A stretch of DNA of 63,748 nucleotides, filler included, from Kipferlia bialata (Eukaryota): the NCBI GenBank assembly GCA_003568945.1. It is 5 parts of 4 records of this genome, joined end to end, with 100 filler letters (N's around TTAATTAATTAA, not from the genome) between each part and the next. Parts side by side here need not be neighbours in the genome. Positions count along the whole stretch, not along the records: positions 1 to 16,467 come from BDIP01000603.1; 4 more parts are not named here. One strand, written 5' to 3'. The stretch's first letter is position 1; each line of letters opens with the position of its first letter. Position numbers and translations under genes: made by a program. Of this stretch, positions 1 through 13,502 are shown in pieces. The notes beneath the pieces were generated by a model. The model was given only the letters and a program-made list of their open reading frames with translations, searched no databases and was not told the DNA's origin.

Positions 1-151
1 TATGCATTGGCTATAGTCTACAGTGTGTGTGTATGGTGTTCCCTCCCCCCACACACCATGTGTCACCGTTGTATGTTTCACTGATCCTTCTTCTATCTCC
101 ATATACCTACTCTAGATACCCTTCCGTCTCTTATACCTCACTCTCTCCCAG

Positions 152-3100
152 TTTCCATACTGTCCGGAGACTTGCCCACCAGCACTCTCCTCATCTCCTC
201 TCTCTCCCCCTCTCTCTCACTTTCTCTCTGTCTCTGTCTCTCTGTCTCTCTCACTCCCAGTGGACTCTGGGTTCCTTGCCGTGCCCTATGCATATGCACA
301 GATGGGGTGGGGGGTTTATGTGTACATCAATATTGTCAGATTGTTGGATGCATATATATTCTCCACACACCCTCTCTCTTTCTATTCCATTATGGATAAT
401 ATTGAGTCTTCCCTTCCTCTACCCACCAGGTGGATCCCCGGCTGTCTCTTCTCCTGTCTAGCCTACTTCATACATACTAGTGGGTGCAGACACCTCACAA
501 ATGCAACAAGGGTACGAATCATAGTTGTGGTATATGTATTTACATATACTTGATGGTGTATCCTATATAGATGTGGTATATACTAAATTTGTATACTAGT
601 GGGTGCAGACACCTCACAAATGCAACCAGGGTGAGGGGGTGTAGTCTACCATGTCCATTACTCTGTGTCACCACCTATATCTCATTCATTCCCCTCACCC
701 TCAGTCCATAGGTGCCACTTCCTATGAAGAGGTGGTCAGAGTGGTGGGGGGGAGGGGGTGCTCAAAGCCGATAGGTGCGTGTAACACAGTGTCTGGTCCA
801 ACTCATACTACTATATGTGTCTCTATTCACTTCCGGCCCTCATCATGACCCTTGAGAACTACATGTACTCTCATATACATATATATTGATATGGATACTA
901 CTATTCATATGTGTATCTCTGCACACTAACTCTCCAGCCATCATCATGACCCTTGAGAACTACATGTACCTGGTCACCTTCATCGTGGTGGCTGGGGACT
1001 ATCTGCTGGGGTGGGTGCCACGGCTGACAGTGAAGTCATCCAGGTATGAGTGTGAATTGTGATATTATACATATATGAATATATGTATATATAGATGTAT
1101 TGGTTGGTAGGTGCCACATTGTATACACTATGTATTATATATATAATTGGAAGGCATACAACTCTCTAACAATATACTCACCCCTAGACTCCTAGCCTCC
1201 TGTTTCACCATGCTGCCCCTGTCATTCATACCAGACCTCAGGAGGCTAGGTATGTACAGCTGGATCACTCTTGTACGCTCTCTCCCATAGAGGGAATGTA
1301 TACATAGAGTATATACGACCCTATACATCCTGTTGAACCCCTTCCTCACCCCATGCCCTGTCTCTTTCCTGGCCTTGCTCTCTGCCCTGTGTATCACAAT
1401 GTCGGTGGTGGTGGTGGCTGCTCAGGTGGGTTTGTGATGTTGTCCTAGATCATGTCATGTGTCATGTCATTGTGCCCTTACCTTGCTCACCTCCCCAGAT
1501 AGCAGTAGGTGACACACCTTCCTGCATCCCCCCTCCCCTCTCCCCTGCCACACCAACCTCACTGACACCCATGCCCTGGCCACAGGGTGGGTGATATATT
1601 ATATATACACATATTATATACATATAGTAGATAGTATATATATATATATACTATATATATGTGGTGACTACACTGACACCCATGCCGTGGCCACAGGGTG
1701 GGTGACTATCATGGATATACTGTTTCTATGCTATATACTCAGTGACCTTGCATTATAGTGGAGATGCACTACTGTGACTAGAGTGTCATTCATACTGTGG
1801 CCACAGGGTGAATGATTATCTATTATCTATCCAGATTTCCATTCACATCATACCTCTCACACCAGACGGATGGCTCAGGGGTCTTGGCCAGGGGCTGCCC
1901 TTGTTGGCACTGGCTCTAGGTAGGGAGATGCATCCTGCTGCCATAACCTTCTAGTATATACTGTGTGTACGTGTCTCACCCCCAGGCCCTGAGTTTGCTG
2001 TGTCCTCTCTGTACAACTCTGTCTCTGGCACCCATACCATGAGGGGGAGGACAGTCATGAGGGGGGTCACATGGGGTGGGGGACTAGAGTATATGCATAT
2101 ACACATACTATATATATGCGTATTTATGTATGTCATAGGTCAGACATGAGGGTCACATGGGGTTGGATTCTGTCATACATGCAGTGGCCACCGTCTCACC
2201 CAGGCCTCGCCTTCACTCTTGTTATGGAGCTGTGCTTTGGGGTGGCAGGCAGCGCAGTGTTTGGAACGGAGACAAGGTGTGGATTTAGTAATAATCAATT
2301 CATTCTTCAGTATATGGATGGCCCGACGAAACGCTGACCCTTAGCGATGATCTCCTTCTCAACTTTGTGGATTCCAGTGCACTCACGTCGGTGCTCAAGG
2401 TGGGTGGGTGTTTATAGAGATATGGGGTATATATATATATGTGTATATACCTAAAGACAGTTCCCTAATTCAATTCCCGTGTCTGAATGTATGCCATATA
2501 TATCCTTACCCCCCAGGTTCTGATGGCCCTTGTTGTGACGTGTGCATACCCCCTCATAGACCACTGCTCGAGGGAGGGGGCCATATCACTCATCACATGT
2601 GGGTGGGGTGCCATTCTGTATACATCTCTCTTAGTGCATGTACCATCTCTCTCACCCCAGCCCGCACCTCAGACTTGGCCACCCTGGAGATATGCCTCTC
2701 CCTGTGCCTCTATGTGTGTGCACTGCTGGTGGCCATGGTCACACCGGACATATCGACGGTGCTGGGTATGGTGTATATATACATGTGGTAGTAGTGCATT
2801 CCTCGTGTATATGATCAGATACTGCCTCCCACAGTTGCCATCCTCTTCTATCTGAGTGTCTGTAAGTGTTCCTGCATTACCCGTCTATCCTCTTGACTCT
2901 CAATGTGAGTTTGCATATATAAACATATATATCAGTTTACCTACCCCAAGTATTCTTCTCTGCCACTGTGTTTTTCTTTTGTCTCTCTCTCTAACTCCAG
3001 TCTTCTCCTCTGCCACCTTCGGGTCTGTCCTCTACTTCTACGGACCAGCCCTCGTCGCACTGAGGTACAGCGTGGTATTGATAGGGAATGGTGTCTTCCG

Positions 3101-3497
3101 TATCAGTATTTATACCCACTTACCATATAGGTTCGTAGAGGACCCCCCCTCGGGTGAGAGGGAGGGACTGCTATCAGGTGCCTCCACACCCCTAACCAGT
3201 GGTGTAGACGGTACAGTACTTGGGTGCTACAGTGGCACCGAGACACCCCGGGAGCCCGTCCCATCTATGACCAGTCAGACCCAGCAGGCACTGGTGGATG
3301 GGGTGTGGGTGCAGTGTAGAGAGAGAGAGGGGGAGAGGGAACAGACAGAGGGGGATTATGATGCTGATGCAGTCCACCCTGAGGCGGAGGGTGTGGGGTA
3401 TAGTGTCCGGTGGCACTACAGTCTGTCTGGCATAGTGCTGGTGGGCATGGGTGTACTCAACACTGTGGTGGCACTGGGAGGCGCCATGCAGGGGTAG
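152..3497 (+). CDS. Amino acid transporter (AAAP/Aa_trans, SLC38/36-like), multi-exon, 5' end incomplete
   Basis: Spliced exons give DSGFLAVPYAYAQMGW (the family's G-x-G-x-L-x-x-P-Y-A...GW TM1 motif), SYEEVVRVVGG, YLVTFIVVVAGDYL, MLPLSFIPDLRRLG, FGVAGSAVFG..DDLLLNF, VVTCAYPLI, VAMVTPDISTVLG/FSSATFGSVLYFYGPAL and a terminal TM helix ending at TAG 3497. About 11 hydrophobic segments. Confidence 0.82.
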
Positions 3498-4104
3498 GGG
3501 TGGGGAGTGGCCATCTCTCTTGATGCCTGAGAACGGGACACCTTCTAGGACAGAGTACCTAGGTAGTGCCTACCCACAGCTGATGGCTCAATGACTGTCT
3601 GTTGGTGGATGGTCTTGTCATGCGGTACACTCCCATCACCCGTCACCCATCACGACTGTCTGCAACTGATCAGTCTGATGACCGGTCGTATTCCACAACT
3701 ATGCCATACAAGCAATGAAGACTTCCTGTCTCTGTGACAAGTGAAGCACTATATGAGAGGCCAATTTCGCAGACTCCATACCAAAATGCCCAATGGCTCT
3801 GAGACCAACAGCTACAGCTATAGCTCAGCGTACTGGAGAGAAGCATGATAGAGTTCCCGCTACTGGTCCAGACTCATAGGTGATATCACCATCTGGACAG
3901 TTACCATGTGAAACACCAGAATGGGAGTGAGAGATGCTAGTGTTGATACTTGTGATACACTCTAGGTGCATATATAACTTCCCATGCCATACATCTATTA
4001 CTCAACACATAGATTGTGGGCCTTTCTGCCTCTTTAGCCCCTTTCACCTGGTTACATCTCCCACTAACTCTTCCACTTATGTGTCCTCTCTCTCCCTATC
4101 CTTC

Positions 4105-7100
4105 CTATGCATCGTCTCTTCCTATCCCTGCGAATGTCTGTGCATACTTCATCTGCAGCAGCCTCAGCCGCTTCTTGAAGGTGGGGGTCAGGTAGTCGTC
4201 GGGTGTCCTAGGGTGTGAGAGAGAGAAGTATTCATGGGGTACTTCATGGGATGAATTTCCTCAGTGGCTTTGGTTGCATAGTGACACACATAGTACCACT
4301 CACCACTCATGTGCTTCTAGAGCTATGCCAATGGGTATCTCGTGGGTCAGCAGGCCGAGGGCCTGGTGTGAATGGAGATCGTTGATGGTCTATCGTTGGT
4401 AGTCTATCGTTGATAGTTTATCGTTGATAGTCTATCTTTAATAGTCTATCGTTGATAGATAGATAGATAGATAAATTGTGGTCAAGGTAGGTACTAGGTA
4501 GATCGGTGCATCCCACCTTAGCCCCTTCTGTGATTCTCTCCAGCACCATGTGTGTGACGGTGGGGTCTGTGTATAGAGTGGCCAGGGGAGCAGAGGGGTC
4601 AAGGGGGAGAGAGGAGGCAGAGAGCATGGACCTAGGGTGAATCATACCGCATATATATGTATAGAACATGATATGTGAATAGCAGCTGTACCTCAGTACA
4701 TCCTCATCTGGCACCACCACTGCCACGGGTCTGTCCATGTCACACTCAGAGTGCAGGTAGATCTGGGGGGGAGAGGAAGGGTGGGGCAATAGAGTTCTTC
4801 TTCCACATTCAATGAATATATGTGCATGTGCCACTCTGGGTACTTCGCATATCTCAATCTCTGTGTCTTGTATGCGTAAATATTTATACATGTACCCAGT
4901 TCCTGTACCACTATAGTAATATATACACACATATTAGTTTATATGAAAATATGAATACATGTGTATATTAACACATACATATACTGTACCTGTGCCACTA
5001 TGGGTATGTCCAACAGGGTATCCTCCACCGTCTCCAGATTGAGATACTCCCCATGCACCTGCTTCACAATCCGGCTGGACCTGGGGTCAGGGTCACTGTA
5101 CACTACATACATGTCAGGTATACATGCTTCCTTACTCACCTCCCAATCAGCCGTATCCTCCCCCCTTCCATGATCTCAACCATGTCATCTGTCTTGTACC
5201 AGCCATCCTCAAAGCAGGCGGCAGAGGCAGAAGGGTTCTGGCGGGTGAGGGGGTGTGTTAGGAGAGAGAGAGAGGAGTGTCGGCACAGGGAGGGAGGGGC
5301 CTTGGAGAGTGGCTGATACACTACGTGTCTAGTATAGATTTGTCTATCCCCACCTTGTAATACCCTGTGAACACAGTGGGCCCCCTCAGCTGGAGTTCGC
5401 CCCTGTAGGAGTGAGTAATGATATACCTAGCAGCTGCCTCGATGGCCCCACCATACCCGATACTAGTATCATAGCAAACAGTATTATCATACATATACTA
5501 TAAATGTATATACTATATATATACATATATTCATACCTCGGGTTAGTCCCATCCTGTGGACATGCCTCATACCCCAGGGGTGGGTGGGACACAACTCGTG
5601 CCTCTATGTTGGGGAAAAGGGTGCCAACACCACTAAGGGTTAGGAGGGGTGGATGGGGTGTAGGTGGGTACTGTAGTACAACCCCATAACCTGTAGTCTG
5701 TCTCTCCCTCTGTGGTAACTGACCCCAGGGACCCAGACTCGGTGGACCCATACCCAGCCACCACTCCACAGCACAGGATGCACTGGGGGTAAGAGGCAAA
5801 TGCATATAACAATATATGCATTACATTTTTAAATATTCATATTAATATATATATTATATAATTGTACACACATAAATAGACAGCACAGGATGCACTGGGG
5901 GTGTGGAACATATGTATGTTTACACACACACATATATACATATATACATAGAGAGAGAGAGAGAGGATGGAATATACCTACACGTACCTGCGTGAACCTT
6001 CCCACACTGGGTGTGAGCAGTGCAGCCCCTATTGCTATGTGCTGGAGTCTGCCACCTAGCAAGGCAGACGTCTTGGAGAAGACAAGCCTGACAGGTGAGG
6101 GAGGAGAGGGACATCGGAAGAGCAAATACATATACCAGTATCAAATACAGCGGGACACTTTCGTTTATATACACATACATGGCTCATGCCCACCTGTCCC
6201 AGAGCCAGTCCCTCCCCCTGCCCTTGTCCGTCCCCACCCCATGGGTCTGCATGCCTTTGAGCTTACGAGAGAGGGCCAGGTTGAAGACGGCCTGGGGGTT
6301 AGGAGGTGGAGAGGAGAGAGTATACAGGTATAACTGTCAACTGTAGGTTCCCCCACCTTCCCGATCCCTCCCTTCCCCTCCACCCCCTTTACCACTGCGG
6401 TATGGAGTCTGTTGGCTATCATTGGGACCATTCCCATCACCTGGGGGGTCAGGCAGGGATAGGCATATACAGTGTATATAGATATATACTATATGAGATA
6501 CAGGTGTCATGGGCACCACGCCCATCACTTATTGGGTGAGGTATAGATGTATACAGTGTACTATATCCATGTATGGTGTGAATATGCATAGGAGCCGGAG
6601 ATTTGTTCCAACAGGATACAGAGAGTATGTACCGTGGGTCTCAATGCCTGACAGTCCTCGGCCATCCTCTCCAGAGAGCCGGAGAAGTAGCCAATGCTGA
6701 GGGTGAGTACAATGAGTGGGTATGTACATATATATATATATATTGTTACAAATGTATAATATAAATATTGATGTTCCTGTAACCATTCATCAGTATGAGA
6801 ATACATACTCTCAGACACATGCACATGCACATCTATATGTGCCCGCATACCTGTACCCGTTCATGAGTGCTGTGATCTCCCCTGCATGGGAGAAGACATG
6901 GCTGGGGAGTGAGGGGAGAGACAGCATAGTATCTAACGTATATATGGTATACATACTATATATCAGTGAAACACAAAGGCATCTCTATGTACAATATATA
7001 TGGAGACATGGGTCACTCACGCTGTGGGCAGGTAGCTGTACAGGATCTGCCGAGAGGCTAGGGATGGATCACTCCTGGGGTGGGAAGGAGGGATTGCACA

Positions 7101-8150
7101 GGTATCACTATTAATATGTGATAGTGTCAGTACACCCACCACATATCCGCCTTTGTGGGTGTAACATGCGACATGCCCCTCTGAATGCCAACCTTTATAG
7201 CTACCCATACATATAGTAGTCACCCACTTGAGATCTGCCCCTGTGGGTGTGTATGGCATTGCCCCCATGAATGCAGCACTAGTGATGAGGAAGGTGCGGT
7301 GGGACTGGACAACACCTGGGGTGAGAGGGGGAGGTTAAGTGATGCTATAGCAGCATATACTCCATCCGCATATACTCTGGTCTCCCAGTTGTGCCTGAAC
7401 TGTAGAATATGGAGAGAGATGACTACTTATATACTACTTTGTACTATACATATATTGCTATCATACCCTTTGGCCTCCCCGTGGTGCCTGATGTGTAGAA
7501 TATGGCACAGGGGTCAGAGGGGGAGACAGACGCATCCTGGGGTGGGTGTCAGAGTATGCACCCTGTGTGTACAACCAATATCTCTATCTCGTGGATACAT
7601 ATTTTGCATATAGAGATGTATGCATGTCCATGTTGTAAAAAAGTATATCCATAGATACGGCACCTCTGGCACTGCCTTATAGACCATAGCACTCTGCAGT
7701 GTGTCCAGGTCAGTGAGCAGTATGGGCGAGGCAGGGGCAGAGGACAGGGCACATCCATCCTGATGGTGAGAAAGGGGACATACACATGAATGTCTATGTA
7801 CACATATGCCCCACCTCATACCCCTGAGTCTGCACCACCCTGTACCCTTCTCCACCCTCCCCCCCTGTCTCTCTCTCTGTGTCCACCACTGTGTCTGTGC
7901 CTATGTCCTCGGCTGGGTCACTGGGTACATACAGAGTAGATGCCTCATCCAGCACAGACTGCCGGTCAAAGGGCTGGAGGGAGACAAGACCACGCCTGGG
8001 GGTGAGGAGAGAGGAGAGCCATAATACCTGTCCAGGCAATAGACAAAGGTGTGTATATACACGTACACTCTTGGGCACAGGTGGAGTGCCCCCAGCAGCC
8101 TGGGCAGGTACTTGGCATCACACACGACAAGGGAGGCACATGGGTGAGGG

Positions 8151-8181
<31 letters not shown>

Positions 8182-8664
8182 GATAACCTAGAGGTACATA
8201 CCTGAGTGGTTGAGGACGTATCTCACCCTGTCAGGGCCTAGGTTACTATGGGTGAGAGGAGGAGGAGGGAGACCCACAGAATGTTACTAGACTAGTATTA
8301 TGGTCTCTCTGTACCTGTACAGAGGGACTATGTACACCTATATATATGTATATATGTATACCTGTACAGAGGCACTGTGATGGCCCCCCTGAGCTTGATG
8401 GCAAGGTCGGTCTCAGTCCACCTGGCATTGGATAGAGAGAAATACATATTTATTAGATCTATCAGTTTCAGCCCACCTGGGGGTGAGAGACAGAGAGAAA
8501 AGAAAGAGAGATAGAGAGAGAGAGAGAGGCACATGACACAAGACTGAGACAGGTGAGTATCAGAGAGGTGAGCTGAACTTGGGGTGATAGATACAGTACC
8601 TTGGCTTGTTGACTGCATACAGAGCCACCCTATCCCCCTTGGTCACACCCAACTGGAGGAGGAC
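4105..8664 (-). CDS. Long-chain fatty acyl-CoA synthetase-like protein (AMP-binding family), divergent; 5' exons not resolved
   Basis: Exons read LGVTKGDRVALYAVNKPRWTETDLAIKLRGAITVPLY, VRYVLNHS, LYSYLP, IGYFSGSLERMAEDCQALRPT, LLGGRLQHIAIGAA, VAGYGSTES, GELQLRGPTVFTGYYK, FEDGWYKTDD, IVKQVHGEYLNLETVE, and LTPTFKKRL...KYAQ to a stop at 4105. Confidence 0.88.
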
Positions 8665-8702
8665 CTGAGGGGAGAGGGGGGGGGGGGGGGGGGGGGAGGG
8701 GG

Positions 8703-8741
<39 letters not shown>

Positions 8742-9309
8742 GGGACTATTCTCCACATCTATAGACATAAGTAATACAACCCTGACCTCAGAAAATACAA
8801 ACACAATTATGTGCACGCATATATATATGAGGCGAGTATATGTATGCCAGGAGAGAGAGAGAGAGTTCATTCTCACTCAGTGAGATGGGGTAGAGTTAGA
8901 GACTGTGGGAAAGGGGGGGGGGGGACGGAAGGCTGACTGACAGACAAGAATCATGTTGCCGATATTCATGAATATAAACTAACTAATCCTATGAGAAATG
9001 GAAGTGAGATGAGGTTACAGCAGAGACAGGTACTATTTGGTCTTTTGGTACGATTATCGTTGGAACTACAGCCAGGACAACCTTACTCTAAGTTATATAT
9101 ACACTATGCACCTTAGGTAGCCTTGGCTGTGTTCTTGCAGCGCAATATTGTGTTGTCAGCTGAGTGAGAGAGACTGTCGTTGTCGAAGGTCAGATTCACA
9201 CATTTATCGTATGAAACGCGTCTTCGAGAGTTGAACTGTGTGTCATATTAATATAATGACATTAGATCTAGGAATTATTTGAGTAGTTCTGGTCGCCCTT
9301 CTTGTGTGT

Positions 9310-10460
9310 CTAGCATGTGTACCCTCAGGGACCCGAGCGACCCATCTCCCTGCATCCAACACTGCAAACAGGGCTTAGAGTCTTCGCCAGAGCGTGTCGT
9401 GGATGTTGCTCCACACCTATCTCCAAAGAGAAGGTCCTAGTCGCATGGGTTTGGATACCACATCCCGGATATAGTAGCAAACACACACACATCACCGCTG
9501 AACCCCACGCTCTTGCTCACTATGTAGCGCCCAACTGCAACCATAGCATACCCGCGCGCACAGGCAGGTATACTGGCCTCACACAACCACTCTGGTGTGT
9601 TGCCAGGGGTGTAGGAGTACAGACTCATGCCAAACGCCAGATACACCGTCGATCCAATGGTCGCACAGTGGTCCACTCTCCTAGAGTCAGCGCGTGACTT
9701 TGTTTTAAGGCATGTCGGGAAGGGAAGTTGTGTCCACTCTCGTATAGGGCGAGAAGCGACGCAGTGTGTGCTCGCTACTGTAGCTATCCCTCAGTACCAC
9801 CACATAGAGACACCCTCCAAGGGAGAAGTTGTAGACATTCCCTGGGAAGATATGGAACCGTGCCCAGTCAGGAGTGTCCCTTTTGGTACATCCGCTGTGC
9901 ATGGTCCATGAGTCTACACAGTCCCAGGGATCCAGTGTGCCCCCGACATAGTGGTAGAGGCAGTACACACACCCGCTGATCTGTGCGTAGAAGTAGCCTG
10001 TGTCGCCGAGGGGATAGGGTTAGAGAAGGCTTCAAGAGTAGATATTGTAATATAACATATACATATGTAGACACCCACTGGGTGACACCAGACACTTACC
10101 GCGAATGTACTATCAAAGTGATCTGGGTTAGGTATATCAGCCGCTGGTAGTGGTACTGGGTGGAAGGTACAGGCCTCGGAACAGACACTGGCACACCCAC
10201 GGATAGTGATGACAGGTAGTGTCAAAATACACAGTCTGTTATGAGCAGCGTCGCAGACAAGTACCTGGAAATGAATATACCACACTTCATGACGTGGTAT
10301 ATCATATATCATATACAATAGACTATTGTATTAGAGCGCTTTATTCCTACCTCAGTTGGAGTGAGGTATATGAGGCTATGAAGTGTACTTCCCCGACGGC
10401 TAAGAATGGCAGTGTTGGCACTGGAGAAGTGGACAACCGAAAGGAGAGACTGTATGTGAG
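9310..10460 (-). pseudogene. Kelch-like beta-propeller protein fragment, probably disrupted
   Basis: Kelch-like blades LYHYVGG...W, NFSLGGCLYVV, ATIGSTVYLAFG, MVAVGRYIV...VFATISGMW lie in different frames (ORFs 9705-9968 and 9437-9676), separated by stops with no room for a normal-size intron. Confidence 0.4.
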
Positions 10461-11329
10461 AGTAAGAGGGTGATACAAACACATGTGGATGTGTTTCACT
10501 TTGGTGTAGGTAATTGTCAAGTACCCTTACCGTGGATATGCATGTCCTGGAGTGATTAGACACCTTGTCCTGCCGACCACCGTAGTACCAAGCCTACCCT
10601 CTAGAGTGGCACCCTAGCTGTAGTCACACCCTCCGTCTCGGTCTCGTCAGTAGTGTATACCTCACTCTCACTCTCGGGCCTCTTTCCCTCACTCATATTA
10701 ACGCCAGCGCTCAGTATCACGATTTCTCTCCAAGTTTCTCTATCTCTTCTATGGTTGTGCCTTCAGAATGGTCTTCTTGTCTCTAGGGGTTTCCCTTGTA
10801 CCAGTGTGAAGAGAAACCTCACATATGGACACAACAATGACCGTGAGTCTCTCTGTTTGAGAATGGTAGTATTTAATAGATACACGCAAGCATCTCCAAT
10901 TATAACAATGCGGTTCATGGTTTCCCATATTACAAACACTGCCGAATGCTTTGGCCTAAAAGGGTTAACTCTCTCGGTAACCTCCAGCATCATCATCCTC
11001 CTTGACCCTATATAATAGATTATCCCCTGGATCTTCAGCACATGGTCACAAAGAACAGTGCGAGGCTGAAACTAAGATTGCCTGGTTTTCTCACTCCATT
11101 ATATATCTGATCACCCATTTGCTGCTTCTGCAGTATGGCTGGGAGGGTGCACTAAAAGCAATGCCTGTTAGACTGTCAATGGTACTACTCTGCCATCCAA
11201 TTATTCCTACTATATCCGAATTTACGCTCCCACACGCTACTTCGGTATCTGCTGGGGTAATCACTAGGCTCTTTCCCAAGCATAGGTCCTCACCACCACT
11301 CGCCATTAACCACTATGTACGCCTTCGGT

Positions 11330-13261
11330 TCACTGTCCTGCCGGCATGATTTTGTGTGCGTGCAATGCCTGCGCCCATATGTAGGGGTCCCCCTCTACCA
11401 GCATGTACCACACCCTGCTAGGTGTCACTACCATCAGACATGGCATGTCACGGGATGCAGGAGATGCATCACTTATGGCTATGTGGGTGATCTCTGAGAG
11501 GCGGAGACTCCCCTTGGAGCGCGCCGCTTCCTCGCTAGCATACCACCTCATCTGTGGGTCTCCGTTGCTGATGGTTACCCACTGTCTCTTCCATCCCCTG
11601 AGGAACCCTCTCTCAGTTACCAGCCACCCGCTGTGGTACCCTGGGTAGGGGGGCAGGGGGTGCTCAGCATTGAAGTACGGGGCGTTGGGGTCGAAAGGAG
11701 TGAAGGTCAGGAGGGAGAGGTCTACACCACCAGTGGAAGCTCTGGTCATCACAGCCTGTCTAGCCCCCACCAGTTGCTTTGCTATCGCCCTCTCACTCTC
11801 TGCCTTCTCACGGTCTATCTTCCGCCTGGCAGCAGCGGCCCCGACCATTCTGAACAGGTTGTGCACCCCCACTCCCTTCTTGGCGGACACCTCAGCGAAG
11901 TATGCTGAGTGGTGCACTGCCAGAGCACACCCCTGCATGTACGAGACCCGTCTGTGGTCTGAGAGGTCGGTCTTGTTGCCCACAATGGCGACAAATGAGT
12001 CAGGAGCAAGAGTAGCCACTCGCTCTAGGTGCTCTGCCACATTATCAAATGACCCTCTGTTGGTGATGTCGTACATGACAATGATGATATCACTGTTACT
12101 CAGGTAGGAGTCTGTCAATGAATAGTAGCGAGGCAACGACGCTGTGTCAACGATGGCGAAACTGACAATGCAGCCAGCAGTACCGTACTGTTCACACTTG
12201 CTGTCATAGTCCACCCCAATGGTGGCACCCCTGTGCGCACATGACGATGTCCAAGGTGTGTCCTTGACGTATCTGTGCATGACAGAAGACTTGCCACACA
12301 CATCACCCACGAGGCACACCTGGAGCCTCATGTCAAACCTCATACCACTCCGGGTACGGAGGTCCTTTCCCCACTGTGTTGTGTCCTCTAGTGACACTGC
12401 CATCTCCTGCAGAGACCTCTGCATCCTAGCATGGGACTCCATTATGCGTGCCGCTCTCTCTGCGGCTGTCTCTGGTGCCGCAAGGGACGCCATCTTAGCT
12501 GCACACTCACTGGCTGCATTGTTGAGTACTATCTCACATGCAGTGTGGTCACCACTCTCCATGCCCTCTAGACTGGACATGAGTGTGTGGAGGGCCACCC
12601 CCACCACACCCCAACCCCCATCCTCCACATACAGTGGAGGCACTCGGTAGCTGTCGGGTAGGCTGCCGCTGATGGACCTGAGTGTGCGCTGAAGGTCAAC
12701 AAATGCAGCAATGGCGTCCTTGCATGTCATGATGCGAGTGGGGAGAGGCATCTCTCCGTACTGGCATAGGAAGGCATGTGTCTGGTGTACCCAGTTGAGG
12801 TATGCGGCGAGGGTGGGACGGACATTGGGGCTCAAGTGCTGGGTCAGAGTCTCCAACGTGTGGCGAAGGGCACGATTCTAAATGTGAGAGTGTGGGATAT
12901 GACAACCGTCAGTAATACAATACAGCGGGTATTTACAGCATATATAGGCGGAAAACAAAGAAATACGTATAATATAACACTGATACTTGTCAATGTGGGG
13001 TCTACAGCTACATGTCAATGTCAACTTGTCAATCCTTGTCAGGCATTGTCACTGTACTGATACCCATAGACATGCATATAATCCACACAATGGCCCCAAT
13101 ACACTATGTATACTAGTGATATATATAGTGTAACACGAATGTATCACCTGCTGCACCAGAAGGCCGCACATGGGATCAGGACCCTGCCCTGTGCAGATGT
13201 CACTGATGTTCATGTCACTGACAGTGTGGGTGGCACAGATGATCTGCTTGAGGTCACGCAT
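11330..13261 (-). CDS. Rab-like small GTPase domain fused to a C-terminal PH domain, with an N-terminal helical region (~553 aa, two exons)
   Basis: Exon 1 13261-13148 (38 codons, CAG|gtgata) splices in phase 0 to the acceptor ctcacatttag| at 12877. The long exon contains LVGDVCGKSS, ATIGVDY, DTAS, YDITNRGSF, VGNKTD, EVSAK, then the PH domain HSGWLVTERGFLRGWKRQWV...KGSLRL...VVTPSRVWYM...WAQAL. Confidence 0.87.
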
Positions 13262-13502
13262 GTCTGGGGAGGTCTGTCCAGTCAGAGGTAGAGTGTACCG
13301 GTGAACTTAGTAGCTCTAAGTGAGTGACTGGAACAGATGTCAACGTTAAGGAGAGTGACTGAACCCTTTTCTGTTTTTGGCTACACGCTTTGTCTTGTCA
13401 TCCAACCCCGACCTCTTGTCAAGACCAGCACTGCATGTCATTGACCAGTCATGACGTGTAGGGCCCCATCCCACCCTCTTCTCTCCATCCTGATACCGCA
13501 GC
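13262..13502. promoter_or_regulatory. Short divergent (bidirectional) intergenic region
   Basis: 241 bp between the predicted ATG of the GTPase-PH gene (minus strand) and the ATG of the 7-TM gene (plus strand). Confidence 0.5.

Noticed and set aside
10600..11310. ORFs between the kelch-like fragment and the GTPase-PH gene
   Set aside because: No recognisable motif and no consistent spliced frame found. They could be a decayed gene, but that is unsupported.
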